64,000 bases of DNA from the human T2T-CHM13v2.0 reference genome, Homo sapiens: assembly GCF_009914755.1 (NCBI RefSeq), contig NC_060933.1; one strand, 5' to 3'. Below, in pieces: positions 46,405-59,850 of this stretch (position 1 is its first letter; each line of letters opens with the position of its first letter). Under the pieces are notes generated by a model. The model had not been told where the DNA came from. It did no database searches and saw only the letters and a list, made by a program, of their open reading frames with translations. Made by a program: the position numbers and the translations under genes.

Positions 46405-48135
46405 GAGTCATCATTAATCATTTGCAATCCTTTTCCTTCATCACATTTATTAATCCTTAAAAGATTCAGAGAATGATTCTATTCCAATGTTCTACACATA
46501 CCATCTGTTCAAGCACATTCCTTATATTCTTACTAGGTTTTCACAGATGCCTCTTTTGAAATCAGCAAATCTCCTCAGGAGCATCATCTGGCTCCTGTCA
46601 CCCCTACTCCAGGGAGCCCTCGTCACTGCAGTAATGCCAGTGTCAGAGCAGATGTTCCATAATCTCTGGCACATTTGCCTTCCTTGGTAGAGCTTTTGAA
46701 TGCAAATTTTGAGGTGAAAAAAAATCCTCTGAGTGAAAGCATTATCTGCAAATGGTTTCTCTCTGCATCAAACGCAGCACTCAGGCATCTTATTTCTGCT
46801 CTTCTGGAGGCTTGGTCAGAGAGAACCTCATTGCTCATAGCAGAGGGAGCAGAAACACAGCGAGACCCAGAGACCAAGAGAGAACACAAGGACACCAAAG
46901 GAGGTTAGCTGTAAAGCAGTGTTAAATTATACGAGACTAAACTTTTGAAGGTCAATGGGGCTGTGCCCCAACAGAAAATAAGCAAAGTTCTGGTTTGGAC
47001 AGAAGAGAAGATATTGTTTAAGAAAGGTATGTGACATTCAACTGTGACTACGTAGGCAACAGAAAATGGAGAGGAGAAATCTTCCACAAAATTAGATCTG
47101 TGAAGGCAATTAGTTTGGATAACTGAACTCAGCTCTTTTTTAAATGCCAGGATCTGATATTTAAATTACTCAAAAACATTCCCCCTAAATCTATAACTTG
47201 CTTGTTCCGCATAGATACAACTTCAAAGTGAAAAATACATTCAAGGAAGCAGAAACAATATCAAGTTAGAAGAATAGGGCACTAACCTGGAGCTAGAAAG
47301 GATTCTAGAGTAGAGTGAGTTAGGTGGTACTAACTCATCTGTGAGATTTGGGGCTAGTCGCCTGACCTATCTGACACCTCAGTTTCCTTATTTCTAAAGT
47401 GAGCAGTGGAACTAGGTAACCCTGGGTCACTGCCAGCTGGAAAATAGCACAACGCCGTGCATGCAGTACAAGCAGGTACACCTACTTCATGTTGAATTAG
47501 CTTGCATCCACTTCCAAGATACCAAAACAGATGGCAAGATCTGTTGCATCAGCTGGGGCAAAAAGAACAAAAAGAACCATGTTGAAAGATAGTCCACGTA
47601 TGTTTAGGAGGAGCAATAAATAAAGACCAGTAATAAAAGTCAAGATTTTCTAAGTGAGGGGCATATCAATAGGGGCTTCATGTTCAGTTACCACAGTCCC
47701 AAGAACAGAAAGATGCCTAGAGATGCAGATACATGTGTCCCAGATCCAGATCCAGCTCTGTTGACCAACAGCAGGCTGAAAACCCACATCTCTAAGTCTC
47801 AGGTTCTTTATCTTTCGAAAAGAGAATTAAAGTGGATGGATGTGCTTTGGGAAAATGGATGCACCCTCCAGATTTAAGCTTTATTACAAGACATTGATAA
47901 AAAGAATGCTTAGTTACAGCCTCCTCTTCTCCCCATCATTTACTCTTCCTTTTTCTAAACTCACAGACAACTTTAATTTAGTCAGCAAGAATTTCAACCG
48001 AATAGGACACTTTGTAATCAATTGCTGCTCCCATTCATTCCACATCTCACCTATGGTGAGACAGGCAAATGTAAAGAGGAAGTGAACAAATAATTCAATT
48101 ACTAGAAGAAATTTACCAGACTTAACACAAGCTTT

Positions 48136-48160
48136 GGTGGGGGGGGGGGGGTGGGGGGGG
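48136..48160 (+). repeat. Poly-G tract
   Basis: ggtggggggggggggggtgggggggg. Confidence 0.9.
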
Positions 48161-48717
48161 AAAGACCTACTCTTTTTTCCTTTATTGAGAGTGGGGAGAT
48201 TGTTGTGTTTTTTAGAATAATTTATTTTTGTTTGACTATCAAATTATCCAGCTATTTATTTCAACTTCCCATTTTACAATTACAATCTTAGTCATTTACT
48301 TTCAAAGGCCCTAAAGGAAATGTAGTTTCCCAAGTAAATGCCAAAGTTCCCTTCTGCCTCCCTCTCTCCCTCTGCCTTTCAGAACTAGGTCTGGGTAAAT
48401 TTGTAAAGTTGTTTATTTTCAGTACTCTTGCTATTCCTACGATTTGCCTTAGTTCGACTCTTTCAATATTATTCTCCCCAAGCCATCCTGAATCCATTCT
48501 GAAATGCCCCCATCCCAAGCCTGCTCTCTACTTGCTCATGCTTCTCAATCCTGTCCCATCATCCTATTCATTTTATCAAAATTCCTTTCTCCCTGTCACA
48601 TTCCTTTTTAGTCTCAGAAGTAGCAGGCCAGTTTATGCTGGCAAACTCATTTGATTAAGAGGTTTAAGAACCTTGTGTACTTAAAAGAGACGGATCTGGA
48701 CGCAGCTGATAGCTTAA

Positions 48718-49238
48718 CACTGCCCTGTCCAACATGGTAGCCACTAGCCACATGTGACTGTTCAAATTTAAATATAAATTAATTAAGGCCAGGTGCGGGC
48801 GCTTACGCCTGTAGTCCCAGCATTCTGGGAGTCCAAAGCAGGTAGATCGCTACAGCTCAAGAGTTTGAGATCAGCCTGGACAACATGGTGAAATCTAATC
48901 TCTACAAAAAAAAAAAAAAAAAAAAATTAGCCAGGCATGGTGGCCACACCTATAGTCCTGGCTCCTTGGGAGGCTGAGGTGGGAAGATGGCTTGAGTTCA
49001 GAAGGTGGAGGTTGCAGTGAGCTAAGATCGTGCCCTGCACTCCAGCATGGGTGACAGAGCCAGATCCTGTCTCAAAAATATATATATATTAATTAATTAT
49101 ATTAATATACACATTGATTAAATATATATTAATTAAAATTAAATCAAATTTAAAATTTCCATTCCTCTGTGGCACTTGCCATGTTTTAAGCCATAAGAAC
49201 ATTACCATCCACATAGAAAATGTTATCAGTCAGTGCTG
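48718..49238. mobile_element. MER3-like hAT element split by an Alu (48787-49078, + strand)
   Basis: ctgtccaacatggtagccactagccacatgtg...agaaaatgttatcagtcagtgctg. Confidence 0.75.
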
Positions 49239-50597
49239 CCTTCACATAAAGGAATTAATGTTAATGGTGGACTAAGAATGTAACCATTATTTCTGTGCTA
49301 AGAAACTCTACAGGTAATAAAAATGAACTTATTTGTGTGTTATAGGTGGAGAGTCAGGAATTGGGGTAGGAGGTGGCTAGATGAGGGAAAGATGACTATC
49401 TTTTGAGGCGTACTTATTATGTGCCAAGGTTTAGGCATAGACCAGGGAAAAATAGAGAAGTATTCTTTTTATATTAGCAGATGTTCCAGTAACCCATTTT
49501 ATGGATGCGAAAACAGAACCTACAAGAGGCTAAGTAATTTGCCCAAACTTTGTAACTAGAATACAAAACCAAGTTTGTATGCATTCCAGTGTTCTTTGTA
49601 CTGTACTATGCTGCCTGTAAATCTCTGTCAACAAGGAAAATCTCTATAAATCCCAGCCACTGTTCCTCAAAGGTTATTCATTATCTTTCCTTCAAAGTGG
49701 GGACTGGGGCTATGTCAATGCAGAGTAATATTCTTTAACTTTTTATGTTAAGATAATGGTAGATCCACATGCAGTTGTAAGAACTCATATGGTAAGATTT
49801 TGCATATCCTTTCAATAATTTTTTTAAATCTGCTATCATACTAGACCCCCTTCTTAGTGCTGGGGCCACAGAGACAAGATCATCCTTTCCCTTAAAGACT
49901 TCAGAGGAGATGAGGAACATGTAAATAAATCATTAATATAGAGTTGGTTAAAGCAAAAACGTAATGCAACTTTCACCTATCCATTAACCAATAAGAACAA
50001 TAATAATAATAATAATGACATTCTGACCAAGCTACTGTAAAACAGACACTCAACTTGTATCTGTTTTCTCACCTGTAAAATAGAATAATAGTACCTATAC
50101 TATAGGATTGGTGTAAACATTAACAGAACAGTATCTGGACATTCTATTTACTATTTAATATTGTATCAATTGTTGGTATTCTGGTTTCTATTTTTAAATT
50201 TTTCTACAATGCACTTATGTAACTTTTAGAGAAAAAAATTTAATCACTCTTAGTTAAAACAAGTGTCTCATGTTGTAAGCTAGTAGTATATACTATCTTA
50301 ATTGAGGACACTGAGATGGGACAGCTGATTCACCTTGGAGAAACACAGCGATGTCAGACAAGAATCACTGAAAGAGAAAGACAATGTCTGAGGTGACTTT
50401 TGGAAGCCAAAGATTTAAGAAGAAGGTTGGAAGAGAATTCAAGATAAATGGATTATCAAGCAAAGACTTAGAATCTTAGTAATTTAAAGACAAGAAGGGG
50501 ACATGAAGGTCATCCAGTCCTACTTTCCACCCTCTGCAGGTCTCCCTTGCAGCCTGCTCGACTGATTCTTAAATGCATTCAGAAAGAGGGTGCTTTC

Positions 50598-50977
50598 CCA
50601 TGGAATACTATGCAGCCATAAAAAGGAATAAGATTATGTCCTTTGCAGGGACATGGATGAAGCTGGAAGCCATCATCCTTAGCAACCTAAGACAGGAATA
50701 GAAAACCAAACACCACATGTTCTCACTCATAATTGGGAGCTGAACAATGAGAACACATGGACACAGGGAGGGGAACGACACACACCGTGGCCAGTCAGAA
50801 TGAGGGGTGAGGGGAGGGAGAGCATTAGGACAAATAGCTAATGCATGCAGGGCTTAAAACTTAGATGACGGGTTGATAGGTGCAGCAAACCACCATGGCA
50901 CATGTATACCCATGTAACAATCCTACACGTTCTGCACTTGTATCCTGGAACTTAAGGTAAAATTAAATTAAAAAAAA
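50598..50977 (+). mobile_element. L1PA 3' end (short insertion) with TSD
   Basis: TSD agaaagagggtgctttcc / agaaagagggtgttttcc. Confidence 0.93.
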
Positions 50978-51272
50978 GAAAGAGGGTGTTTTCCACATTA
51001 TGGGTCAACCATTGTTGGACAGTTTTATTAGAAACAGTCTATATATGTGTATACTCATCTAATGTTGCACTTACATGCATATACATCAGGGCAAAATCCA
51101 AGCAACTACTCATACCGGGGGTGTAAGAGTCACTTAAGTGGGGTCTACCCAGGTAATATTCCTCAATCTACTGTATGGATGTGGTGTTTGTGCTTAGCTT
51201 CTAGATGCCATACAAACATTACTAACTCCATAGTTTTTAAGTGTTGAAAGTCTGGATAAGTGGTAGTACATG

Positions 51273-51584
<312 letters not shown>

Positions 51585-51633
51585 TCAATTGAAAAAGAAG
51601 AAGATAAAAATATGAAAATGGTGATATTTTTAC

Positions 51634-51935
51634 TTTTTTTTTTTTTGTCGAGACCAAGTCTCACTCTGTCACCCAGGCTGGAGTATAGCAGCATGATCTC
51701 AGCTCACTGCAACTTCTGTCTCCCGGGTTCAAACAATTCTTGTGTGTCAGCCTCCTGAGTAACTGGGATTACAGGCACCCGCCAACATGCCCAGCCCGGC
51801 TAATTTTTGTATTTTTAGTAGAGATGGGGTTTCACCAAGTTGGCCAGGCTGGTCTCAAACTCCTTACCTCGAGTGATCCACCTACCTCGGCCTCCCAAAG
51901 TGCTAGGATTACAGGCGTGAGCCACCACACCCAGT
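51634..51935 (-). mobile_element. Alu (AluSx-like)
   Basis: Reverse Alu; tttacttttt flanks. Confidence 0.95.
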
Positions 51936-52269
51936 CTTTACTTTTTATAATAGTATAATTGGTTCTGAAGAGAAAAGGTGAATTTATGCAACATGCAAAA
52001 TCTATTATGGCAGTACTCAGCACAATATAAAGAAAAGATAGACTTGGAAAGCAATTAAGTGTGTGGCTAGCAAAACAACATCAATATTGTATACCAAAAA
52101 GGGAACGCTAGAAATACATTTAGGAACTTAAAGGCTAAGCCTGGTAAGAAGCTTTACCATAAGCTTGTAGGTCTGAGGCCTATTGCAAGCTAAACAACAT
52201 CAGTGAATGCCACACTAGCAGATGCAGACCTCATAACGTTACCCGTCTCAACAACTTTGAAGCATAGTT

Positions 52270-53370
52270 AAAACTCAACTAAGTGACAAAGATAGTACCA
52301 CAAATCAGTGAGGAAATGATGGATTATGCAATTAATGTGTTGAAACATCTGGATAAAAGCTTGGAAAATAAAGTTAGGCCCCTACTTCACTCTTTACATC
52401 AAAATTAATTTCTGATGTTAAAACTATAAAAAGAAAAGTTTTATTTACAGAGAGGTGAAGCCTTTTCTAATACTACACAACACCCAGAAATCATAAAATA
52501 AAGATTTTTACATGGAAAAAATATTAAAGTTAAAACCGAAAAAAGGTGCAATCCATATCACAAGTAAAGGGTCTTTTTTCATAATGTATTAAGCTCTCCT
52601 ACAAATCAATAAGAAAAATGTAAACAACTCAGTGGAAAATATAGGCAAAGTCGATGAACAGACAGTTCCCAGAAAAAGAAATAGCTTTTAATCACATGAA
52701 AAAGTGTTCAATCACATTTATAAGAAATACAAATTAACCCACACATCATTTTTCACTTACAAAATTGGTAGAGTTAAAAAAGTATAAGACATTTTCAACC
52801 GTTGATGAATTGTAAATTGGTAAAACTTTTATGGAGAGAAATGTAGCACTACTAATCAAAATTACAAATGTGCAATCTTTGACCTAGTAATCTCACCTCT
52901 AAGAATTTATCCTTTATATATCTTGAACATGTGTAAAGTGATGTACATATAAGGTATTTGTTGCATAATTGTCCATAAAAGCAAAGGTAGAAACATTCTG
53001 AATGTCTGTCATTAGGAAAGTGCTCAGTGGCTATTTTTAAAATAAGGTAGATATTTGTGTTCAAATATGAAAACATCTTTTATATGGCCAACTGGAAAAG
53101 GCAAAGTATATAGCATTCTATGATTTCTATTAATAATGAAGAGGTACTGAGATGATGGATAAAGGTAGGTATATTTTTGCTTGTATATGTTTAGAATATT
53201 TCTGGAAGGATAGCCAAAAGGTAGTAATAGTGGTTGCTTCCTTGAGGTACACCTGATGTCTTGAAATTATGGGTGGGAAAGACATAAACTTTCTACTGTA
53301 ATATGTCTTTTTACCTTTACAATTTTTTATCATGAATGTGTATTAGCTATGCAAAATAAATTGAATAGAA
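52270..53370 (+). mobile_element. L1ME-like 3' region
   Basis: ctcctacaaatcaataagaaaa, ctttgacctagtaatctcacctctaagaatttatcct. Confidence 0.7.
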
Positions 53371-54109
53371 AAACCAATTCCCTGCTCAAAGCAAATCCCT
53401 CCTGCTTCTCTCCTCCCCAGTATTTATTGCATCTTTTGTTATCCTTGCATGTTTATATCCCCAACAAAACCAAGAGTTCTTTGACTGCTACAACTGTGTC
53501 TCCATCGTGTTTGCATATCCAGCATTTGCACATTGCCTTAATCATGAAAAGGGTTTTTTTTTTTTTTTTAAAGTGATGTTTTGAAGGATGAAGAAGACCC
53601 TTTTTTTTTGGGTGGAAGTCAGGCTCCCTTTAAATATGGCCTAATATTGCTGAGCAGGGTTGTGAGGCCCTAAAAACGTCTTCCTACCATTCCTGGAATT
53701 CTACCTTGAAACATGTCTCTATCCTTTAAGAGAAAGGGAGGAGATAAAAAGGAGAGAGAGAAGCTGAAGCTGACTCAAAGATCCGACTGGACCTGAACAG
53801 TGCCCCAGGGAGAATCCATTTGAAAAAAAAAAAAAAATGTGATCATGTGAATGGACAAGAAGGAGATGGCTTTAGATCTTATATGCTCTAAACGAAGAGT
53901 TACGCTGAGAGGGAAACTGACTTGTCATGAAGTCAGCTTTGTTCCGTTGCTATGTGTCATCCCTGCTAATGGTGAGTTTACCTAGGGCAGAGGCTACCAT
54001 CTCAACCATGAAGCTGAAGACACAGGCATCCGTATTCTATAGCTAATTCAGTTGATTTCATCTCAGCACACATACACTGAGCGCTTCCTAAGAGCGAGGT
54101 TGACCGACA

Positions 54110-54300
54110 TTTTTATTAGCAATAATCTCTGCCTTCTTCTGATTACCTAGAGATTTAAGACCACATAATCATCCTCTACCTCACAGGGTCAAGGGAGTGG
54201 GGGAGGAAATGGGCTAAGAGGTTCTAAATCCCTCCTAACACTTGCTTCTTCCAAATCAGCAAGATTAGAGCAGTCAACAGCTGACTGCGTTCAGACCCTG
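54110..54300 (+). promoter_or_regulatory. KCNV2 proximal promoter with clustered CRX/OTX2-type (TAATC) sites
   Basis: TAATCT 54123-54128, GATTA 54141-54145, TAATCA 54166-54171, AAGATTAG 54261-54268, and GCTGAC near 54280 (Maf/NRL half-site-like). Non-repetitive DNA directly upstream of a photoreceptor gene; no clear TATA box. Confidence 0.65.
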
Positions 54301-54350
54301 CAGGCTGGGCTGGCCTGCCCAGGACCTGAGAAGGGGCAGCTCCGGTGGCA

Positions 54351-56050
<1,700 letters not shown>

Positions 56051-58768
56051 TGAATTTGACTTAGTCGTAGAAATCTCCAAATCTAGATTTCGTCTTCAAA
56101 CCTTTAAAAGACAGGTTTTAAAGAAGATGCGTCATCATTACTGTTATTTACCAGTTATTGAGCATCCAGTGTCCTGACAAAGCTTATCTCATTGTGGCAT
56201 CACAGCCTTTGAGATGGTTATGACCACCATTTTTTTTTAAGGGGACAAGCAGAAATGGCTTCAGTTTTTGAAAGAAACTGTAGATTTATACAGAGAAGGA
56301 GGTGAGACTTGGCTGAACCATGTTGACTCTAACTGAAATCCCACCACCTCTGGTTCCACTTAAATCTGAGTGTGGAAAGAAGCATCTCAAACTGAAACTT
56401 GCTCTGACTTCACTAAAGTTCTTTCAGGACCCTGTATTATTGCCCCATTTTACAGATAGTGAAATTGAAGTACAGAGAGTTTGAATGTGGACTCACAGCT
56501 AGAGGTGGCAAAGCCAGAACTGAAACTCAGTCCTGTCCATCTCCAAACTCCATGCCTTTCCCACACCCAAGCACAGTCTCTTTCAAGTTTTAGTTCTTTT
56601 GCATGCATTGCTGAATTTGTACAGTTAGTGTAACAGTTATTTTTTGTCATTGTTTTCTTTGGCCTTTGCCTTTTTATAACTTGTGCTGTTTACTCAAATA
56701 TCTGTATTTTGAGCTGTGGTAGCTGAATCCCTGGAAATAAATGTTAATCAGGTCTTCTCAGATCGATGAATAAGTCGGCATATATGAAGGAAAGAATTGA
56801 ATGTATGGTTTCCTTAGTTTTCTTTTGAAAAGTAGATTGTAATACCTTTAAAGACATTAAGCAAATATAACTAGTTTTCCCATGTCAGAAAGTAGATATT
56901 TTCAACATTGTGTATGTCATAACCCATAGTCTGGTGTGCACTTCTGAGACAAACCAACCCAAGGCCACTGACAGTGCAATGCAGCATAATAGAAGATTTA
57001 GAAAACCTGATTCTAGTCCCAGACCTGTCAATAATTAACCATGACCCTGAATAATTAACTGTGAAACCTTAATCCCTCACTTCCAGTCCTGCTTTCTCAC
57101 CTCTAAAAGGGGAGGCTGGACATGTAAAAGTCTGCAGTTCAGTGAGTCTTCCTTCCCTTGAAAGCAGGGAGCTCATATGTATAGAGGATATGTGAGCTTT
57201 CTTCAGTGGCAGGATGATACGATGTTCTTCTGAATGAGCTAGGCAAATTCTGCTTCTCTGATCATATTCCAAGTGATGAAAGGTCATCCCTATAGTAGAT
57301 AAACCATGTGTACAGATGAGGCTCATGGTTGATGATTTGTCCCCAGCAAATGACATTTACTTTGGGGTGACTAAAGCAGGAAAGCAGAAGAGTAAATCCA
57401 CATGCTGATGATATGATACAACACTTGAGAGTCAAATTTCTATTCATCTAAACATCTTTAAAGGCTAGTGCATGAAGGCACTGGAGCTAGTACACTCTCT
57501 GATACTACAGTTTGAACCCACAAAAGTTTTTTCGACCTTTTGTATATTAACAAATACTTTGATAAAAGTTATGTTACTTTCAAACGGATATGGCTAGAGA
57601 AAAAATTTTAATTAAAATAAAACACATAAAGAATAATGTTACTCAGGTTGTATTTTTACCAGTAAATTTTTTTGAACTGAATACCCATTGATCTCACTTA
57701 AATTTCTGATCTGTTCAATGTACAATGAAGTCTAAACCTTTCAAATTATCTCTTTTTATGTTAACTGGCACTATGTAACTCAAAATCAATGTTTTTCATA
57801 AATTTTACAAAAATTGAATCACCAGTTTTTGCCAATCATAAATGTTACCAATTATTGCTCTTATCTGTATGAATTTCCTTTTGAAGCCATTATCTCTATC
57901 AGCCACTATTTTCATAGGCCCAATTTTGCACATTCCAACCATCCCATTTACAAACCTTACCCTTTATCAATGGTCTTTGTCCATTTTATTCTGAAAATTA
58001 TTTATACCAGTAAAATTCGTTACAAATTAGATAAAAGACTGATCATCTGTATTTATTTCTAAACTAATCTATGAAAACAATGGGAGCAATTGCCCTTGAA
58101 TATTCTAAGACCGCTCTGTTCCCCAGGACTGCTATGTTATTAATCCAGTTCTTCTCTGTACTTCTAACTACACTCCATAATACAGACTAAAGGTTCATAT
58201 TCTCAATAGAGCAAAGAGAAAAGAACACATTGAATTGATGTGGACAAAATGTCTTGTTTCCGGTATGTAGATGCAAAGTGAAAAGAAACAAAACATTAGG
58301 ACCAATTTGTCATATAACCCACAAAAATTCACCTTATTCATTCATTGAACAGTAAGTTTTTGAGCACCTCCAATGTGCCCAGTAGTATTCTTAACACTAG
58401 GGATACAGGGTAGGAGAAGAAAAAACAATCAAGTTTTTTCTCTTCTGGAGCTTACATTCTAATGGAGAAAGACAGATAATAAATAATTTCAGGTATTGGC
58501 ATAGCTTGTGTGGGATAACAAGATTGAGAGTGATTCAGGCAGTAGAGTCTGTCTTTAGTGGGATAGTCAGAGAAGCCCTTTTGGAGAAGATGACATTGAG
58601 ATAAAGTTTGAAAGATGAAAAGAGACTCATCTAAATGCACCTGACTCAACAGATATGACAATCTGAGAAGAGGATTCCTAAAAGTAACTGATCTAGTGGT
58701 TTCTAAGCATTTTATTAATCATGCATCTTATTTTTAAAAATTTGGGGCACATACCCATGATAAATGTG

Positions 58769-59379
58769 TATTTATTTATAAATAAATTAGAAGTTATTTA
58801 TTTATAAATAAATTAGAAGTTATTTATAAATAAATTAGAAGTTATTTATAAATAAATTAGAAGTTATTTATAAATAAATTAGAAGTTATTTATAAATAAA
58901 TTAGAAGTTATTTATAAATAAAATAGAAGTTATTTATTTATAAATAAATTAGAAGTTATTTATTTATAAATAAATTAGAAGTTATTTATTTACAAATTAG
59001 AAGTTATTTATTTACAAATTAGAAGTTATTTATAAATTAGAAGTTATTTATAAATAAATTAGAAGTTATTTATAAATAAATTAGAAGTTATTTATAAATA
59101 AATTAGAAGTTATTTATAAATAAATTAGAAGTTATTTATAAATAAGTTATTTATAAATAGAAGTTATTTATAAATAAGTTATTTATAAATAGAAGTTATT
59201 TATAAATAAGTTATTTATAAATAGAAGTTATTTATAAATAAGTTATTTATAAATAAAAGTTATTTATAAATAAATTAGAAGTTATTTATAAATAAATTAG
59301 AAGTTATTTATTTATAAATTAGAAGTTATTTATTTATAAATAAATTAGAAGTTATTTATTTATAAATAAATTAGAAGTT
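58769..59379. repeat. AT-rich minisatellite (~22-bp unit TTATTTATAAATAAATTAGAAG, roughly 30 variant copies)
   Basis: Directly visible, with 16-26-bp unit variants. Confidence 0.97.
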
Positions 59380-59382
59380 CTT

Positions 59383-59850
59383 TATTGCCATAATAACGAT
59401 ACATCACCAACCACCCTGAAATTCAATGGCTTAAAACATCAAGCGTTTATTTAGCTCATGAATTTAAAAGTCAGCGTATACTCTGATTTCAGCTAGAAGG
59501 TTCTTCTCTTTCATGAGGCTCTTGTTACTCATTCACATGCCTGATGGTCAACTGGCATGAAGGGAGAGACTAGGCCACATGTCTGCATTCCTCTGGCAGA
59601 CTCCAGCAGCCACATGTCGATGGCTGTGGCAAAGAACAAGAGAGAGAATGCAAGCCCCATCATGCAAACACTTCATAAGTTTCTTTTCATGGCATTTGCT
59701 CAGCCCATTGGCCAGAGTAAGTCACATGGCCAAGCTGCAAGTCAAAGGGCAGGGCAGGTTAGCCCACCCACCATAGGAGGGCACTGCAAAGTTATATGGC
59801 AAACAGCTTAGACACAGAAAGATGTAAAGAATTAGTTCCAATAATGCAAT
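59383..59850. mobile_element. MLT1-type LTR
   Basis: aatggcttaaaaca...tttatttagctcatgaat; cccattggccagagtaagtcacatggccaagc. Confidence 0.65.

Noticed and set aside
56900-57500. Possible antisense terminal exon from a neighbouring gene inside KCNV2 intron 1
   Set aside because: Based only on vague recollection of annotation; no convincing splice or poly(A) signals seen on the minus strand.
58769-59379. CRISPR-like array
   Set aside because: No unique spacers, eukaryotic context; it is a simple minisatellite.
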